64,000 nucleotides of DNA from an uncultured Gammaproteobacteria bacterium (GTDB lineage: Bacteria > Pseudomonadota > Gammaproteobacteria > SZUA-229), in the NCBI GenBank assembly GCA_937998645.1, contig CALLCZ010000052.1, positions 2,724-66,723 on the forward strand. Direction: 5' to 3'. Of this stretch, positions 1 to 10,420 are shown piece by piece (the first letter of the stretch is position 1; every line of letters begins with the position of its first letter). The notes under the pieces were generated by a model that made no database searches, was not told the origin of the DNA, and saw nothing but the letters and a program-made list of their open reading frames with translations. The position numbers and the translations under genes were made by a program.

Positions 1-1
1 G

Positions 2-301
2 CAGAACAAGTCGGCCGCTACCAATGCCGTTTTTGTCACCCAGAGAGGCAAGGCAATGACAAGGCAGGCATTCTGGTACATGATAAAGCGCCACGCGGTG
101 CACGCCGGCATAGATCCTGAAAAACTGTCGCCTCACACCTTGCGCCATGCCTTTGCGACACATTTGTTGAACCACGGTGCAGATCTGAGGGTCGTACAGA
201 TGCTGCTCGGACACAGTGATATCTCGACAACCCAGATATACACCCATGTCGCCGATCAGCGCCTGCGTGACCTTTATAATCAACATCATCCGCGGGCATG
301 A
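2..301 (+). CDS. xerD: Tyrosine recombinase XerD, 3' fragment (5' end lies outside the window)
   Basis: Frame-2 translation from nt 2 reads ...[80 protein letters not shown]. This matches the conserved XerD C-terminus, including the catalytic R-H-R-H...Y region and the HHPRA end. dsbC follows, as in the E. coli xerD-dsbC arrangement. Confidence 0.85.
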   Translation, partial: QNKSAATNAVFVTQRGKAMTRQAFWYMIKRHAVHAGIDPEKLSPHTLRHAFATHLLNHGADLRVVQMLLGHSDISTTQIYTHVADQRLRDLYNQHHPRA

Positions 302-402
302 GCTGAAATTCGGTTATTCAAGGTGAATAATTTTTCTAATCAACAAGGAATTATCTATAATGGCCGCTGTCTAGACAGAGGAATTAGGACAATATTGACA
401 TT

Positions 403-1137
403 ATGAACACTCTATTACGTATATTTACACTCTTTGTTACCATCAGCGCGGCCTCACAGGTTTCGGCTGATGATATTGCTGAACTGAAACAGTCATTGGC
501 GAAAACCCTCCCACAGTATGAAGCTTCACATATCGAGAAAACACCAGTTGAGGGGATTTACCAGGTAATTATCGGCGGCCAGGTCATCTACATGACCAAG
601 GATGCACGATACATGATTGACGGTAATCTGATCGATCTTTCAACCAAAAAGAATTACACAGAAGATGCTATGTCCGGGATCCGTCTCTCTCAGATAGAGA
701 AACTGGGTGAAGACAAAATGGTGGTCTACACACCTGAAAACATCAAGCATACCATCACGGTGGTAACGGATATTGACTGCCCGTATTGCAGGCGTTTACA
801 CAATGAAATGGATCAGTACATGGCTGGTGGTGTGCAGGTTCGTTATATATTCATGCCGTTGAAAGGAAAGAGTGATTTCAGGACTACGGTTTCGGTATGG
901 TGTGCAAAAGACCGCAACGAAGCGCTGGATATGGCCAAGGCGGGTGCAAAGCTGGAAGCAAAAGACTGTGAAAACCCGATTGATGAACATCTGAATGTGT
1001 CCAGAAACCTGGGAGTGCGCGGTACCCCGGCAATCATATTGCAGGACGGCAGCATGCTGCCGGGTTATGTACCTGCCAGCAAGTTGATAGCCGAACTGCA
1101 AAAGCTGAACTTATCGACAGCAAAATCCGGTAGTTGA
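403..1137 (+). CDS. dsbC: Periplasmic thiol:disulfide interchange protein, DsbC family
   Basis: N-terminal signal peptide (MNTLLRIFTLFVTISAASQVSA). Thioredoxin-fold active site C-P-Y-C (DIDCPYCRRLH). About 244 aa. Sits downstream of xerD. Confidence 0.85.
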   Translation: MNTLLRIFTLFVTISAASQVSADDIAELKQSLAKTLPQYEASHIEKTPVEGIYQVIIGGQVIYMTKDARYMIDGNLIDLSTKKNYTEDAMSGIRLSQIEKLGEDKMVVYTPENIKHTITVVTDIDCPYCRRLHNEMDQYMAGGVQVRYIFMPLKGKSDFRTTVSVWCAKDRNEALDMAKAGAKLEAKDCENPIDEHLNVSRNLGVRGTPAIILQDGSMLPGYVPASKLIAELQKLNLSTAKSGS

Positions 1138-1175
1138 TCCCTTCAATTGCAGGCTCAACGGCTTGCTCGGACGTC

Positions 1176-4100
1176 TCAGTCTATACCGATAAGGCGGGCG
1201 CTGTGTGTAAACAGCAGCCCGCTTTTTATTTTCAGTCCTGGCCAGAGCTTCTCGACGGCTGTGCGGTACAACTGCATCTGATTTTGAAATGTGTCGGCCA
1301 GTGTCTCCAGCTCTGCATCGATTTCAACCTGGTGTGTTTTGTAGTCTATCAGCAGGATATTGTCGTGATTGATAATCAGGCGGTCAATAACGCCATATAC
1401 TGAACGCTTGTTTTGCTGATACATGACAGGTAGCTCATTCAATACCTGTTGACTGGTGGACGGTTTGAAAATGTGTTCGAAATCCTTGTTGTTGACGGTC
1501 CTGCATGCCTCATCCATCCAGATATCCAGTTCACTATCGTTATCTGCAAGAGCGGATTCATGCCTGATTTGCTGTCTTGCCTGTTCAGCGCTCAGTGGTG
1601 GTACACGGCTCATGAGGTCAAGAGCGCGATGAATTGCGGTGCCTCGCCTGATGCCCTCGTTGTCATGCGCTGAATGTGAACTTTCATTACTTGCATGGAA
1701 GCTAAGGCTTGGAGCAATCATGTGTTCCGTTGCCGCCACATTTACTATCGGCCTGTTTAAGCGTGTGTCGACTGCTATATTCAGGTCTGTTTCTGTTGTT
1801 TCTTTTATGCTGATGCATGCTCCGGTGTAATCGCCGGCAGCAAGATGATAAGCGCCATTAGAGTCAGCGGTGGTGAGAGATTTCATCCCCGTCTCAATGT
1901 ATTCATACCAGCCGGATTTGGATTTGCTGGCGCTGCCGGTAACCAGTAGGTACTGGCGCGCGCGCGTAAGCGCAACATAGAGCAGGTTCAGTTCTTCGCG
2001 TTTTTGTGCCTGTTCTTTCTGCTTCAGCACCTCACGGGTGATTTCGTCGGTGTTGTCTTTAGCTGTAACCAGCTGGAATCTGACCGGTTTACTGCTCTCT
2101 GCAGGCCAGTCAACCAGTGCAGTGTATGCGTTGTTATGGCCGCCCTGGTTATCGCAGTCAGCGAGGATGATGACAGGCGACTCGAGTCCCTTGCTGGCAT
2201 GTATGGTCATCAGGTTGACGCATGACTGGCCATGGGCGATAGTGGGCTCATCCGGGCGGCCATCCCTGTGTTGACGAATGCTGCGTAAATAATGCAGGAA
2301 ATGACTCAAGCCAGGGTAGCGGCCGCTGTCGAGCTCGAGCGATAATTCATGAAAGCGCTGTAGATTAGCGCTTACACGCTGCTGCTGCGCCGTCGGTACG
2401 GAAGATACATAACGTTGAATGATGTTGCCTTCCGCGTAGATGCGATCGAGCAGGTCATGAACCGGCATGGTGTCGGCAAGTTTGTGCCAGCGGGGTAACA
2501 GGCGAGCGGCACGGCTTAACGGATGCTGCTCATCCAGACCGGCTTCCATGCTTAGCAGGCGTTGGTACCATTTTCTGTCTTTATGCTGCTGTGAAATATT
2601 GATCAGGTCTGCATCGGATGCTGCAAAAACAGGTGATTTCAATACCTGTGCAATCGACAGATTGTTAAAAGGTGTTATCAGACTGTCTAGCAGCTTCTCC
2701 AGGTCCTGTATCTCCTGGTTATCGAGCAGGCTGCCACGCTGGCTTCCAATGAAAGGTATGCCGCGATCACGTAATACTGATTCATACACGCGTATGTGTG
2801 TGCGATTTCGCATCAGGATCATGATGTCACCGAATTCGATCGGCCGAACCCTGTTTTTATCATTCTCGTCTTTTTCGCTTATCAGCAGCGGCTCATTGAC
2901 CAGTCTCTCGATCTGGTCCGCGATTAGATTTGCTTCTTCCTGACGGGCGGTTTTAAGATTTTCAGTCCGTGGTTCAAGCAGCGGGTTTCTCAGCTGAAAT
3001 GAACTGCAATCATCAGGCTGGTCTTCATCATCCGCGCTGAGTTCGTGTAACGGAAATAACGAGGTTTGTCCTGGAATATGCTGCAAGTGAGTGCTATGAG
3101 GCTGGAATTCAGGCATGTACCGCTGTATTTCATCCTGGCTGAAAATTGCATTTACTGTTTCAATGATGGCGGGCGAGGAACGCCGTGAAGAATCCAGTTT
3201 GACCTCAACCGCTGACATGGTTTGGGCAAGATAATCGGACGCCTGTTTCTGTAATTCCGGATTTGCACGCCTGAAGCTGTAAATAGACTGCTTTTCATCG
3301 CCAACAAGAAAGAAACTGCGTGCTCGTTCAGTGGTGCCGGCGGCGATTTCTTCCAGCAGGGGAGTAATCGTGTGCCATTGTGTTGGGTTGGTATCCTGAA
3401 ATTCATCGATTAATACATGATCGATGCGCTGATCGATCTTGTACTGTACCCAATGTGCGTTATCAGCCTCATTCAGTAAGCAATAGCAGTTCCACTCAAG
3501 ATCGGTGAAATCGAGCAGGCGCTGTTCACGCTTGAGCTTCTGATAGAGTTCAATGAAACGCTGACCGGTACGAAACCAGACCGCGTTAAGTACCAGTGAG
3601 CGTATACGCCTGGCCGTTTCCAGCGTGTTTTGCATTGATGCGCAGATCCGCGCATGTAGATCGAGGAAAGCGGCTTCAGCCTCGTCACCCATGCTGGCGG
3701 TCTGTGTCTTGGTCGGCTTTCGCGACCTGGGCTCATGCTTTGCAGTTAAAAATACCGGTTCCAGCAGTTTGAATGTGTCTTCATCAAGGTTTTTTGCCTG
3801 CAGCGCATGTTCAATCTGTTCGGCATGTCCGAGATTGGTTTTGGTTTGATGTCTGCGTAATAAATCGGCAAAACGGGCGAAATCATCACGCGTAATAGCC
3901 GCAAAAAAGTCGGCATAGGGCTCTGTTTCCGAATCTATATGAAGCTGTTGCCGCAGTTGCTCACTGGCATAGGCCGCGGCATCTTTTTTGTGTTCACTGA
4001 AGGCCCACCAGTCACTGCGGTGACCAAGCATGCTGTTGAGTGCTGTTTTTGTATTCGCCGGCCCGTTGCAGGCCTGCATCAATACATCGAGATCATTGGC

Positions 4101-4625
4101 AAGCATGCCCTGTGCATTACGGGTCGCTTCAGCAAACAGTTCTTCCCAGGCCTGTTGCTGCAGCAGGGCCGTGTTTTCTATAAGCTCAAAACCGGGAGCT
4201 ATATCCGCTTCCAGCGGGAAATGCGACAATATATCCTGACAGAATGAATGAAAAGTCTGTAATCGTACCTGGAAGTTTGCATGTAACAGCTTCTCGTACA
4301 GCTCGCGCGATTTTTTTATGGTCTCGCTGGTAATTGGGCTGCCTGACTGTTTTAAAAGCGCGCGGAGCTCTTCATCGTCTGCTGTTGCCATTTGATACAG
4401 GCGTTCCTGTAATCTCATTTGCATTTCGGCGGCTGCTTTTCGAGTAAAAGTCAGCGCCAGGATACTTCCGGGCTCTGTATCTGCCAAAAGCAGGCGTATA
4501 ATTCGCGTCACCAGCAACCATGTTTTGCCCGTACCCGCAGATGCAGAAACTGTGGCATTCGTGTCCGGTTGTGCAGCTGCCAGGCTGTCGGCAGGATTTG
4601 TGGCAGGGCTGTTAGTCATGATCAT
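1176..4625 (-). CDS. UvrD/Rep-type superfamily-1 helicase fused to a C-terminal RecB-family (PD-(D/E)XK) nuclease; AddA/RecB-like
   Basis: 1149 aa. N-terminal Walker A (SASAGTGKTWLLVTRI) and UvrD-like helicase motifs (ALTFTRKAAAEMQMRL, DEFQDTNPTQW, FLVGDEKQSIY). C-terminal nuclease motif ...IDRLIINHDNILLIDYKTHQ (D...D-Y-K). No AddB/RecC partner in the window. Confidence 0.7.
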   Translation of the reverse strand: MIMTNSPATNPADSLAAAQPDTNATVSASAGTGKTWLLVTRIIRLLLADTEPGSILALTFTRKAAAEMQMRLQERLYQMATADDEELRALLKQSGSPITSETIKKSRELYEKLLHANFQVRLQTFHSFCQDILSHFPLEADIAPGFELIENTALLQQQAWEELFAEATRNAQGMLANDLDVLMQACNGPANTKTALNSMLGHRSDWWAFSEHKKDAAAYASEQLRQQLHIDSETEPYADFFAAITRDDFARFADLLRRHQTKTNLGHAEQIEHALQAKNLDEDTFKLLEPVFLTAKHEPRSRKPTKTQTASMGDEAEAAFLDLHARICASMQNTLETARRIRSLVLNAVWFRTGQRFIELYQKLKREQRLLDFTDLEWNCYCLLNEADNAHWVQYKIDQRIDHVLIDEFQDTNPTQWHTITPLLEEIAAGTTERARSFFLVGDEKQSIYSFRRANPELQKQASDYLAQTMSAVEVKLDSSRRSSPAIIETVNAIFSQDEIQRYMPEFQPHSTHLQHIPGQTSLFPLHELSADDEDQPDDCSSFQLRNPLLEPRTENLKTARQEEANLIADQIERLVNEPLLISEKDENDKNRVRPIEFGDIMILMRNRTHIRVYESVLRDRGIPFIGSQRGSLLDNQEIQDLEKLLDSLITPFNNLSIAQVLKSPVFAASDADLINISQQHKDRKWYQRLLSMEAGLDEQHPLSRAARLLPRWHKLADTMPVHDLLDRIYAEGNIIQRYVSSVPTAQQQRVSANLQRFHELSLELDSGRYPGLSHFLHYLRSIRQHRDGRPDEPTIAHGQSCVNLMTIHASKGLESPVIILADCDNQGGHNNAYTALVDWPAESSKPVRFQLVTAKDNTDEITREVLKQKEQAQKREELNLLYVALTRARQYLLVTGSASKSKSGWYEYIETGMKSLTTADSNGAYHLAAGDYTGACISIKETTETDLNIAVDTRLNRPIVNVAATEHMIAPSLSFHASNESSHSAHDNEGIRRGTAIHRALDLMSRVPPLSAEQARQQIRHESALADNDSELDIWMDEACRTVNNKDFEHIFKPSTSQQVLNELPVMYQQNKRSVYGVIDRLIINHDNILLIDYKTHQVEIDAELETLADTFQNQMQLYRTAVEKLWPGLKIKSGLLFTHSARLIGID

Positions 4626-4729
4626 AGACTGATAGCATATGTACTCGTAGTGCGAGTGTAAATGTAATAATGCATTGCGCCCGTGCTGATTACGATGAAA
4701 CCACGTTTAGAAGGGTTAATATACCAAGT

Positions 4730-6613
4730 ATGAGTAATTACGATGCCTCTGCGATCGAGGTGTTAACCGGTCTTGAACCGGTGCAAAAGCGGCCTGGTAT
4801 GTATACCGATACCAGCCGTCCCAACCATCTGGCACAGGAAGTAGTCGATAACAGTGTCGACGAGGCTCTAGCAGGGCACGCGAGTAAAATCGATGTCATT
4901 CTATATAAAGACGGCTCCCTGTCAGTGAGTGATAACGGGCGCGGCATGCCTGTCGACAAGCACCCGCAACAGGGTATACCGGGTGTGGAAGTAATCCTGA
5001 CCAAGTTGCATGCCGGCGGCAAGTTTTCCGACAAAAACTACCAGTTTTCCGGTGGCCTGCATGGTGTCGGTGTTTCTGTTGTCAATGCCCTGTCGTCAAT
5101 GCTTGAAGTAGAGGTGAAGCGTGACGGAACGGTCTACAACATGGCCTTCAAAAAGGGTGCTGTAACAACAAAACTGAAAAAAACCGGCACCGTCGGCAAG
5201 CGCAATACCGGTACTCGAATTCATTTCTGGCCGGATAAACAATATTTTGATTCAGTTAATTTTTCCTTGCCGCGTCTCAAGCATGTATTACGCGCCAAGG
5301 CTGTGCTGTGCCCCGGCCTGGAAGTTACATTACTGGAAGAAAAAAGCGGCGACAAGCAGACATGGTTCTATGAAGGTGGCTTACAGGATTATCTCGGTGA
5401 AAACCTGTTCGACAAGGAAACCATGCCGCTTGAGCCGTTCACTGAAAGTATGGTGGGTCTGAATGAAGCGGTCGACTGGTCTGTTACCTGGTTGGTGGAA
5501 AGTGGTGAACTGGTCACGGAATCGTATGTCAATTTAATCCCGACCGCACAGGGTGGTACCCATGTTAATGGATTGCGTACCGGCCTGACCGATGCCTTGC
5601 GTGAGTTTTGTGAATTTCGCAGTCTCATACCCCGCGGTGTCAAGATCAGCCCCGAGGATGTCTGGGATCGTGTCTGCTACGTGCTTTCAGTCAAGTTGCA
5701 GGACCCCCAGTTTTCCGGCCAGACCAAGGAACGGCTGTCATCTCGCGAATGTGCAACATTTGTTTCGGGCGTGGTCAAAGATTCGTTCAGCCTGTGGCTC
5801 AACCAGCACACGGATGCCGGTGAAGCGATCGCAATGCTTGCAATTGAGAATGCGCAAAAACGCTTGCGCGCAGGGCGCAAGGTTGTTCGAAAGAAAGTAA
5901 CATCCGGTCCGGCATTACCGGGAAAGCTGGCCGACTGTACTTCGCAGGATACAACACGATCCGAAATATTCCTGGTGGAAGGCGATTCTGCCGGTGGTTC
6001 CGCCAAGCAGGCCCGTGACCGTGAATATCAGGCCATAATGCCGTTGCGCGGAAAGATACTGAATACATGGGAAGTGTCACCGGACCAGGTGCTGGCTTCA
6101 CAGGAGGTGCATGATATTTCTGTTGCACTCGGGGTAGAGCCGGGTTCCAGTGATATCAAGAGCCTGCGTTATGGCAAGGTATGCGTACTTGCAGATGCTG
6201 ATTCCGATGGCTATCACATTGCTACCCTGTTATGTGCACTGTTTTTACGCCATTTCAGACCGCTGGTCGAAGCGGGTCATATCTATATCGCCATTCCGCC
6301 GCTGTATCGCATCGATGTCGGTAAAGAAATTTTCTATGCGCTGGATGAAGCGGAGAAAGAAGGTGTGCTGGACCGCATCAGCGCTGAAAAAAAACGGGGC
6401 AAAGTCAACGTTACCCGCTTTAAAGGTCTGGGTGAAATGAATCCGTTGCAGCTGCGCGTCACCACAATGTCACCGGATACGCGCAAACTGGTGCAGCTGA
6501 CGGTAGACAAGGGTGACAAGACCAACCAGATGCTGGACATGCTGCTGGGCAGAAAGCGTGCGCCGGACCGGAAAAAATGGCTGGAAAAGAAAGGCGACCT
6601 CGCGGTTGTTTAA
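4730..6613 (+). CDS. parE: DNA topoisomerase IV subunit B
   Basis: Starts MSNYDASAIEVLTGLEPVQKRPGMYTD (the long ORF begins 60 nt earlier at an in-frame ATG). GHKL ATPase and TOPRIM motifs are present (EVVDNSVDEALAG, LVEGDSAGGSAKQARDREYQAIMPLRGKILN). About 630 aa. Adjacent to parC. Confidence 0.95.
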   Translation: MSNYDASAIEVLTGLEPVQKRPGMYTDTSRPNHLAQEVVDNSVDEALAGHASKIDVILYKDGSLSVSDNGRGMPVDKHPQQGIPGVEVILTKLHAGGKFSDKNYQFSGGLHGVGVSVVNALSSMLEVEVKRDGTVYNMAFKKGAVTTKLKKTGTVGKRNTGTRIHFWPDKQYFDSVNFSLPRLKHVLRAKAVLCPGLEVTLLEEKSGDKQTWFYEGGLQDYLGENLFDKETMPLEPFTESMVGLNEAVDWSVTWLVESGELVTESYVNLIPTAQGGTHVNGLRTGLTDALREFCEFRSLIPRGVKISPEDVWDRVCYVLSVKLQDPQFSGQTKERLSSRECATFVSGVVKDSFSLWLNQHTDAGEAIAMLAIENAQKRLRAGRKVVRKKVTSGPALPGKLADCTSQDTTRSEIFLVEGDSAGGSAKQARDREYQAIMPLRGKILNTWEVSPDQVLASQEVHDISVALGVEPGSSDIKSLRYGKVCVLADADSDGYHIATLLCALFLRHFRPLVEAGHIYIAIPPLYRIDVGKEIFYALDEAEKEGVLDRISAEKKRGKVNVTRFKGLGEMNPLQLRVTTMSPDTRKLVQLTVDKGDKTNQMLDMLLGRKRAPDRKKWLEKKGDLAVV

Positions 6614-6639
6614 CAGCTATTTTTTAACGCAAAGGCGCG

Positions 6640-6815
6640 GAGACGCAAAGGTCGCAAAGATAAATAATGTTTGTTATTGCACACGCGTGAGAGATCTCAT
6701 TAGAAGATCTGAATAAGTATAAAGATTGCTTTGTCACAATTACATAATCATAAGAAACGACAGGTACAACAATTTTAATTTGTCTCTGCGCCCTTTGCGC
6801 CTCAGCACCTTTGCG
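6640..6815. repeat. Intergenic inverted-repeat element (GC-rich 34-bp arms flanking a ~108-bp AT-rich core), copy 1, parE-parC gap
   Basis: Left arm acgcaaaggcgcggagacgcaaaggtcgcaaaga. Right arm tctctgcgccctttgcgcctcagcacctttgcgt is its near-exact reverse complement. Confidence 0.8.
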
Positions 6816-6853
6816 TTGGATTTAAATAATAATAATCAGAGTTTTAATCAATC

Positions 6854-9124
6854 ATGACCGATCAATCTGAAATTGATTTCGAAGGTGTCGAGCGACAACC
6901 GCTCGCTGAGTTTACCGAGAAGGCGTACCTGGATTATTCCATGTACGTTATTCTCGATCGTGCATTACCCTTTATTGGTGATGGCCTCAAGCCTGTACAA
7001 CGGCGCATTGTTTATGCGATGTCAGAACTGGGGCTAAGCGCCGCATCCAAGCATAAGAAGTCAGCGCGTACGGTAGGTGACGTGCTTGGTAAATATCATC
7101 CTCATGGCGATAGCGCCTGCTACGAAGCCATGGTGTTGATGGCGCAGCCGTTCTCTTATCGCTATCCTTTGGTGGATGGTCAAGGTAACTGGGGTTCTCC
7201 CGATGACCCCAAGTCTTTTGCTGCCATGCGTTATACAGAATCGAGGCTCATGCCTTATGCAGAAGTATTGCTGCGTGAACTGGGGCAGGGTACGGTCAAC
7301 TGGGTCCCCAATTTTGACGGTTCTATGCAGGAGCCGGAAACCTTGCCTGCGCGGCTGCCAAATGTACTGCTCAATGGCGGCACGGGCATCGCCGTGGGTA
7401 TGGCAACCGATATATTGCCGCACAATCTCAATGAGGTGGCCAGTGCCTGCATACGTTTGCTGGAACAGCCAAAGTCTACTCTCGAGGAAATCTGTGAGCA
7501 CATCAAGGGGCCGGATTTTCCGACTGAAGCTGAAATCATTACGCCGCGCAAAGACATCCTGGAAACTTACCGGACAGGACATGGAAATATTCGTCAACGT
7601 GCAATCTATGAGGCAGAGGGGCATGATATCGTTATCACGGCACTGCCTTACCAGGTGTCAGGCAACAAGGTTATCGAGCAGATTGCGCAGCAAATGATTG
7701 CGAAAAAACTGCCTATGGTTGAAGACCTGCGCGATGAATCAGATCATGAGAACCCGACACGTATAGTCATTGTGCCACGCTCGAACCGTGTCAATAAAGA
7801 AGAGCTGATGCATCATCTGTTCGCAACCACTGATCTTGAGCGCAGTTATCGCGTCAACATGAACATGATCGGTATCGATGGCCGCCCTCAGGTCAAGAAC
7901 CTGCTCTCGCTGTTGAGCGAATGGATCAAGTTCCGCAGTGTGACTGTGAGACGTCGCCTGCAATGGCGTCTCGACAAGGTCAATATGCGTTTGCACATCC
8001 TTGATGGTTTGCTGATTGCATATCTGAATATTGATGAAGTCATTGCCATCATTCGTGAAAACGACAAGCCCAAGCCGGTATTGATGACACGTTTCAAGAT
8101 CAGTGATGAACAGGCTGAAGCGATTCTTGAATTGAAATTACGCCACCTGGCAAAGCTTGAGGAAATGAAGATCCGAGGCGAGCAGGATGAGCTGTCGGTG
8201 GAACGCGACAGCCTGGAATCAATTCTGGCTTCAGCACGCCGATTAAAAACTCTGATACGCAAGGAAATTCTGGAAGATGCAGAGAAATACGGCGATGAGC
8301 GCCGCTCGCCGATTATCGAACGCGGTGCAGCACAGGCCATTAACGAAGCTGCACTGATCACAAGTGAAGCGATCACTGTTGTACTGTCGAAGAAGGGCTG
8401 GGTCAGGGCTGCCAGGGGGCATGATATAGATGCGAGTAAACTGAATTACAAATCCGGTGATGAATTCCAGGCTTCAGCTACTGGCAAAAACAACCAGCTC
8501 GCCGTATTTCTGGATTCAAGCGGACGCGCCTATACACTACCTGCACATAAACTGCCATCGGCAAGAGGGCAGGGCGACCCGCTGACCAGTCACTTCACAT
8601 TAGCTGCAGGGGCCAGCTTTGTTTCGGTGATGATCGGTGATCCAGAGCAGTTTTACCTGGTGGGCAGCAGTTTTGGCTATGGTTTTGTTGTTCGCCTCGG
8701 TGACATGCACGCACGCACCAAAACCGGGAAGGCTATGTTGAATGTCGGCAAGCAGGCCAGGGCACTGCCGGCGGTACCCGTGCGCGACCTCGAAAAGGAT
8801 TATATTGTTGCGGTAACAACAGAAGGCCACATGCTGAAAACCGAACTCTCGAAATTGCCACAGATGGCGCGTGGAAAAGGTAATAAAATCATAAACATAC
8901 CTGGTGCCAGATTGAAGTCGGGTGATGAGGTGGTTACAGCATTATCGCTGATCCAGGACGGTGAAAAACTCACCGTTCATTCTGGTAAAAAATACAAGGT
9001 GATGAAGCCCGGCGAGGTAGACAGCTATTACGGTGAGCGTGGACGCCGAGGTCTTAAACTGCCGCGTGGTTACCGCAGTGTCGATCGCCTGGAAGTGCAG
9101 CAGAAAGCTGCCAGAGAAGACTAG
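6854..9124 (+). CDS. parC: DNA topoisomerase IV subunit A
   Basis: 756 aa. GyrA/ParC family N-terminus ([28 protein letters not shown]), catalytic Tyr context ([10 protein letters not shown]), C-terminal beta-pinwheel region. Immediately follows parE. Confidence 0.95.
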   Translation: MTDQSEIDFEGVERQPLAEFTEKAYLDYSMYVILDRALPFIGDGLKPVQRRIVYAMSELGLSAASKHKKSARTVGDVLGKYHPHGDSACYEAMVLMAQPFSYRYPLVDGQGNWGSPDDPKSFAAMRYTESRLMPYAEVLLRELGQGTVNWVPNFDGSMQEPETLPARLPNVLLNGGTGIAVGMATDILPHNLNEVASACIRLLEQPKSTLEEICEHIKGPDFPTEAEIITPRKDILETYRTGHGNIRQRAIYEAEGHDIVITALPYQVSGNKVIEQIAQQMIAKKLPMVEDLRDESDHENPTRIVIVPRSNRVNKEELMHHLFATTDLERSYRVNMNMIGIDGRPQVKNLLSLLSEWIKFRSVTVRRRLQWRLDKVNMRLHILDGLLIAYLNIDEVIAIIRENDKPKPVLMTRFKISDEQAEAILELKLRHLAKLEEMKIRGEQDELSVERDSLESILASARRLKTLIRKEILEDAEKYGDERRSPIIERGAAQAINEAALITSEAITVVLSKKGWVRAARGHDIDASKLNYKSGDEFQASATGKNNQLAVFLDSSGRAYTLPAHKLPSARGQGDPLTSHFTLAAGASFVSVMIGDPEQFYLVGSSFGYGFVVRLGDMHARTKTGKAMLNVGKQARALPAVPVRDLEKDYIVAVTTEGHMLKTELSKLPQMARGKGNKIINIPGARLKSGDEVVTALSLIQDGEKLTVHSGKKYKVMKPGEVDSYYGERGRRGLKLPRGYRSVDRLEVQQKAARED

Positions 9125-9154
9125 GCATCATTCGCGCAGTGAGAGATTAATTAT

Positions 9155-9262
9155 TTTCTCGCCAAGGCGCCAAGATCGCAAAGAAGTTATTAAATTAATA
9201 TTAATATCAATGCGGTGAACATGAACTCACAACACACCTTTGCGTACATTGCGCCTTGGCGA
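9155..9262. repeat. Intergenic inverted-repeat element, copy 2, downstream of parC
   Basis: tctcgccaaggcgcc ... ggcgccttggcgaga, a 14-15 bp perfect inverted repeat bracketing a ~75-bp AT-rich core. Confidence 0.8.
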
Positions 9263-9328
9263 GAGTAATATCAGTATTATGTTTATATCGGGAAAACAGT
9301 ACATATATTAATTCGCGTTCTTTGCGGA

Positions 9329-9360
9329 ACATTGAATAATCTGTTTCCACCCATATATAT
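9329..9360 (+). promoter_or_regulatory. Candidate sigma32-type heat-shock promoter upstream of htpX
   Basis: TTGAA (9332-9336), 13-nt spacer, CCACCCATATAT (9347-9358), resembling the sigma32 consensus CTTGAAA-N13-15-CCCCATNT. htpX is sigma32-dependent in E. coli. Confidence 0.35.
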
Positions 9361-9387
9361 CTGGCAAAATCATTTATGTGAGGCATT

Positions 9388-10272
9388 ATGAAACGCATCG
9401 CACTTTTTCTCGCTACCAATATCGCCGTACTGATCATTCTGAGTATCGTCCTCAGTATCCTGGGTGTCGATTCATTACTACAGGAAAACAACGTTGATCT
9501 TGATTTGCAGGCGCTGCTTATATTTTCTGCTGTGTTCGGTATGGGTGGTTCATTCATTTCGCTGGCCATGTCGAAATGGTCAGCAAAGCGCATGACTGGT
9601 GCACAGGTTATTGAACATCCGCAAAACAAAACCCAGCAATGGCTGTTGACGACAGTAAAACAGCAGGCCGAACAGGCGGGTATCGCCATGCCGGAAGTGG
9701 CTATTTATAACTCGCCGGATATCAATGCTTTTGCTACAGGTATGAGTCGTAACAAAGCACTGGTCGCTGTCACAACGGGCCTGATTAGTAACATGAAAAT
9801 GGATGAGGCCGAGGCGGTGTTGGGCCATGAAATATCGCATGTGGCTAACGGCGACATGATTACTCTCGCCTTGATACAGGGCGTTGTTAATACTTTTGTG
9901 ATTTTCTTCTCGCGTGTCGTCGGCCACGTTGTTGACCGCGTTGTCTTCAAAACAGAGCGCGGTTATGGGCCAGCGTATTACATTACCAGCATCCTTGCAC
10001 AGATCGTGTTCGGGATTCTGGCCAGCGCTATCGTAATGTATTTCTCTAGATTGCGTGAATTCCGAGCTGATGCAGGTGGCGCGAGCCTGGCTGGCAGGGA
10101 TAAGATGATTGCTGCGTTACGAAGATTGCAGTCGATCCATGAGCCATCACACCTGCCTGATCAATTGGTCGCGTTCGGTATTAATGGCGGTCTGGCTGAA
10201 GGCATGCGCAAGCTGTTCATGAGTCATCCGCCCCTGTCGCAACGAATTGCGGCTCTACAAGCTAAGAGTTAA
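9388..10272 (+). CDS. htpX: Membrane zinc metalloprotease HtpX (heat-shock protease)
   Basis: 294 aa. N-terminal TM segments. HExxH zinc motif ([12 protein letters not shown]). C-terminal conserved [13 protein letters not shown] typical of HtpX/M48 peptidases. Confidence 0.9.
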   Translation: MKRIALFLATNIAVLIILSIVLSILGVDSLLQENNVDLDLQALLIFSAVFGMGGSFISLAMSKWSAKRMTGAQVIEHPQNKTQQWLLTTVKQQAEQAGIAMPEVAIYNSPDINAFATGMSRNKALVAVTTGLISNMKMDEAEAVLGHEISHVANGDMITLALIQGVVNTFVIFFSRVVGHVVDRVVFKTERGYGPAYYITSILAQIVFGILASAIVMYFSRLREFRADAGGASLAGRDKMIAALRRLQSIHEPSHLPDQLVAFGINGGLAEGMRKLFMSHPPLSQRIAALQAKS

Positions 10273-10384
10273 TCGCGATATTAGACTGATTGGTATTGTT
10301 TGGGGAAGTGGCGAGGGATGAGTGGCGAGTGGCAAGGCTGTGAACTTATCTTTTCCTCGCCACTGACTACTTATCCCTCGCCAC

Positions 10385-10420
10385 TCACGGATATAGCAGG
10401 CTAGCCCGCTATATCCGTGA
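10385..10420. terminator. Perfect 13-bp-stem palindrome at the convergent junction htpX / EAL gene (candidate bidirectional terminator)
   Basis: tcacggatatagc-aggctagccc-gctatatccgtga. Overlaps the stop codon of the minus-strand EAL gene. Preceded by nested inverted repeats at 10304-10388. Confidence 0.4.

Noticed and set aside
7061-8376. Long antisense ORFs inside parC (7061-7624, 7255-7557, 7888-8376; 100-187 aa)
   Set aside because: They are entirely embedded opposite a highly conserved, clearly coding parC frame. Their amino-acid sequences are low-information (Ser/Arg-rich) with no motifs. These are typical antisense artefacts of moderately GC-rich coding DNA.
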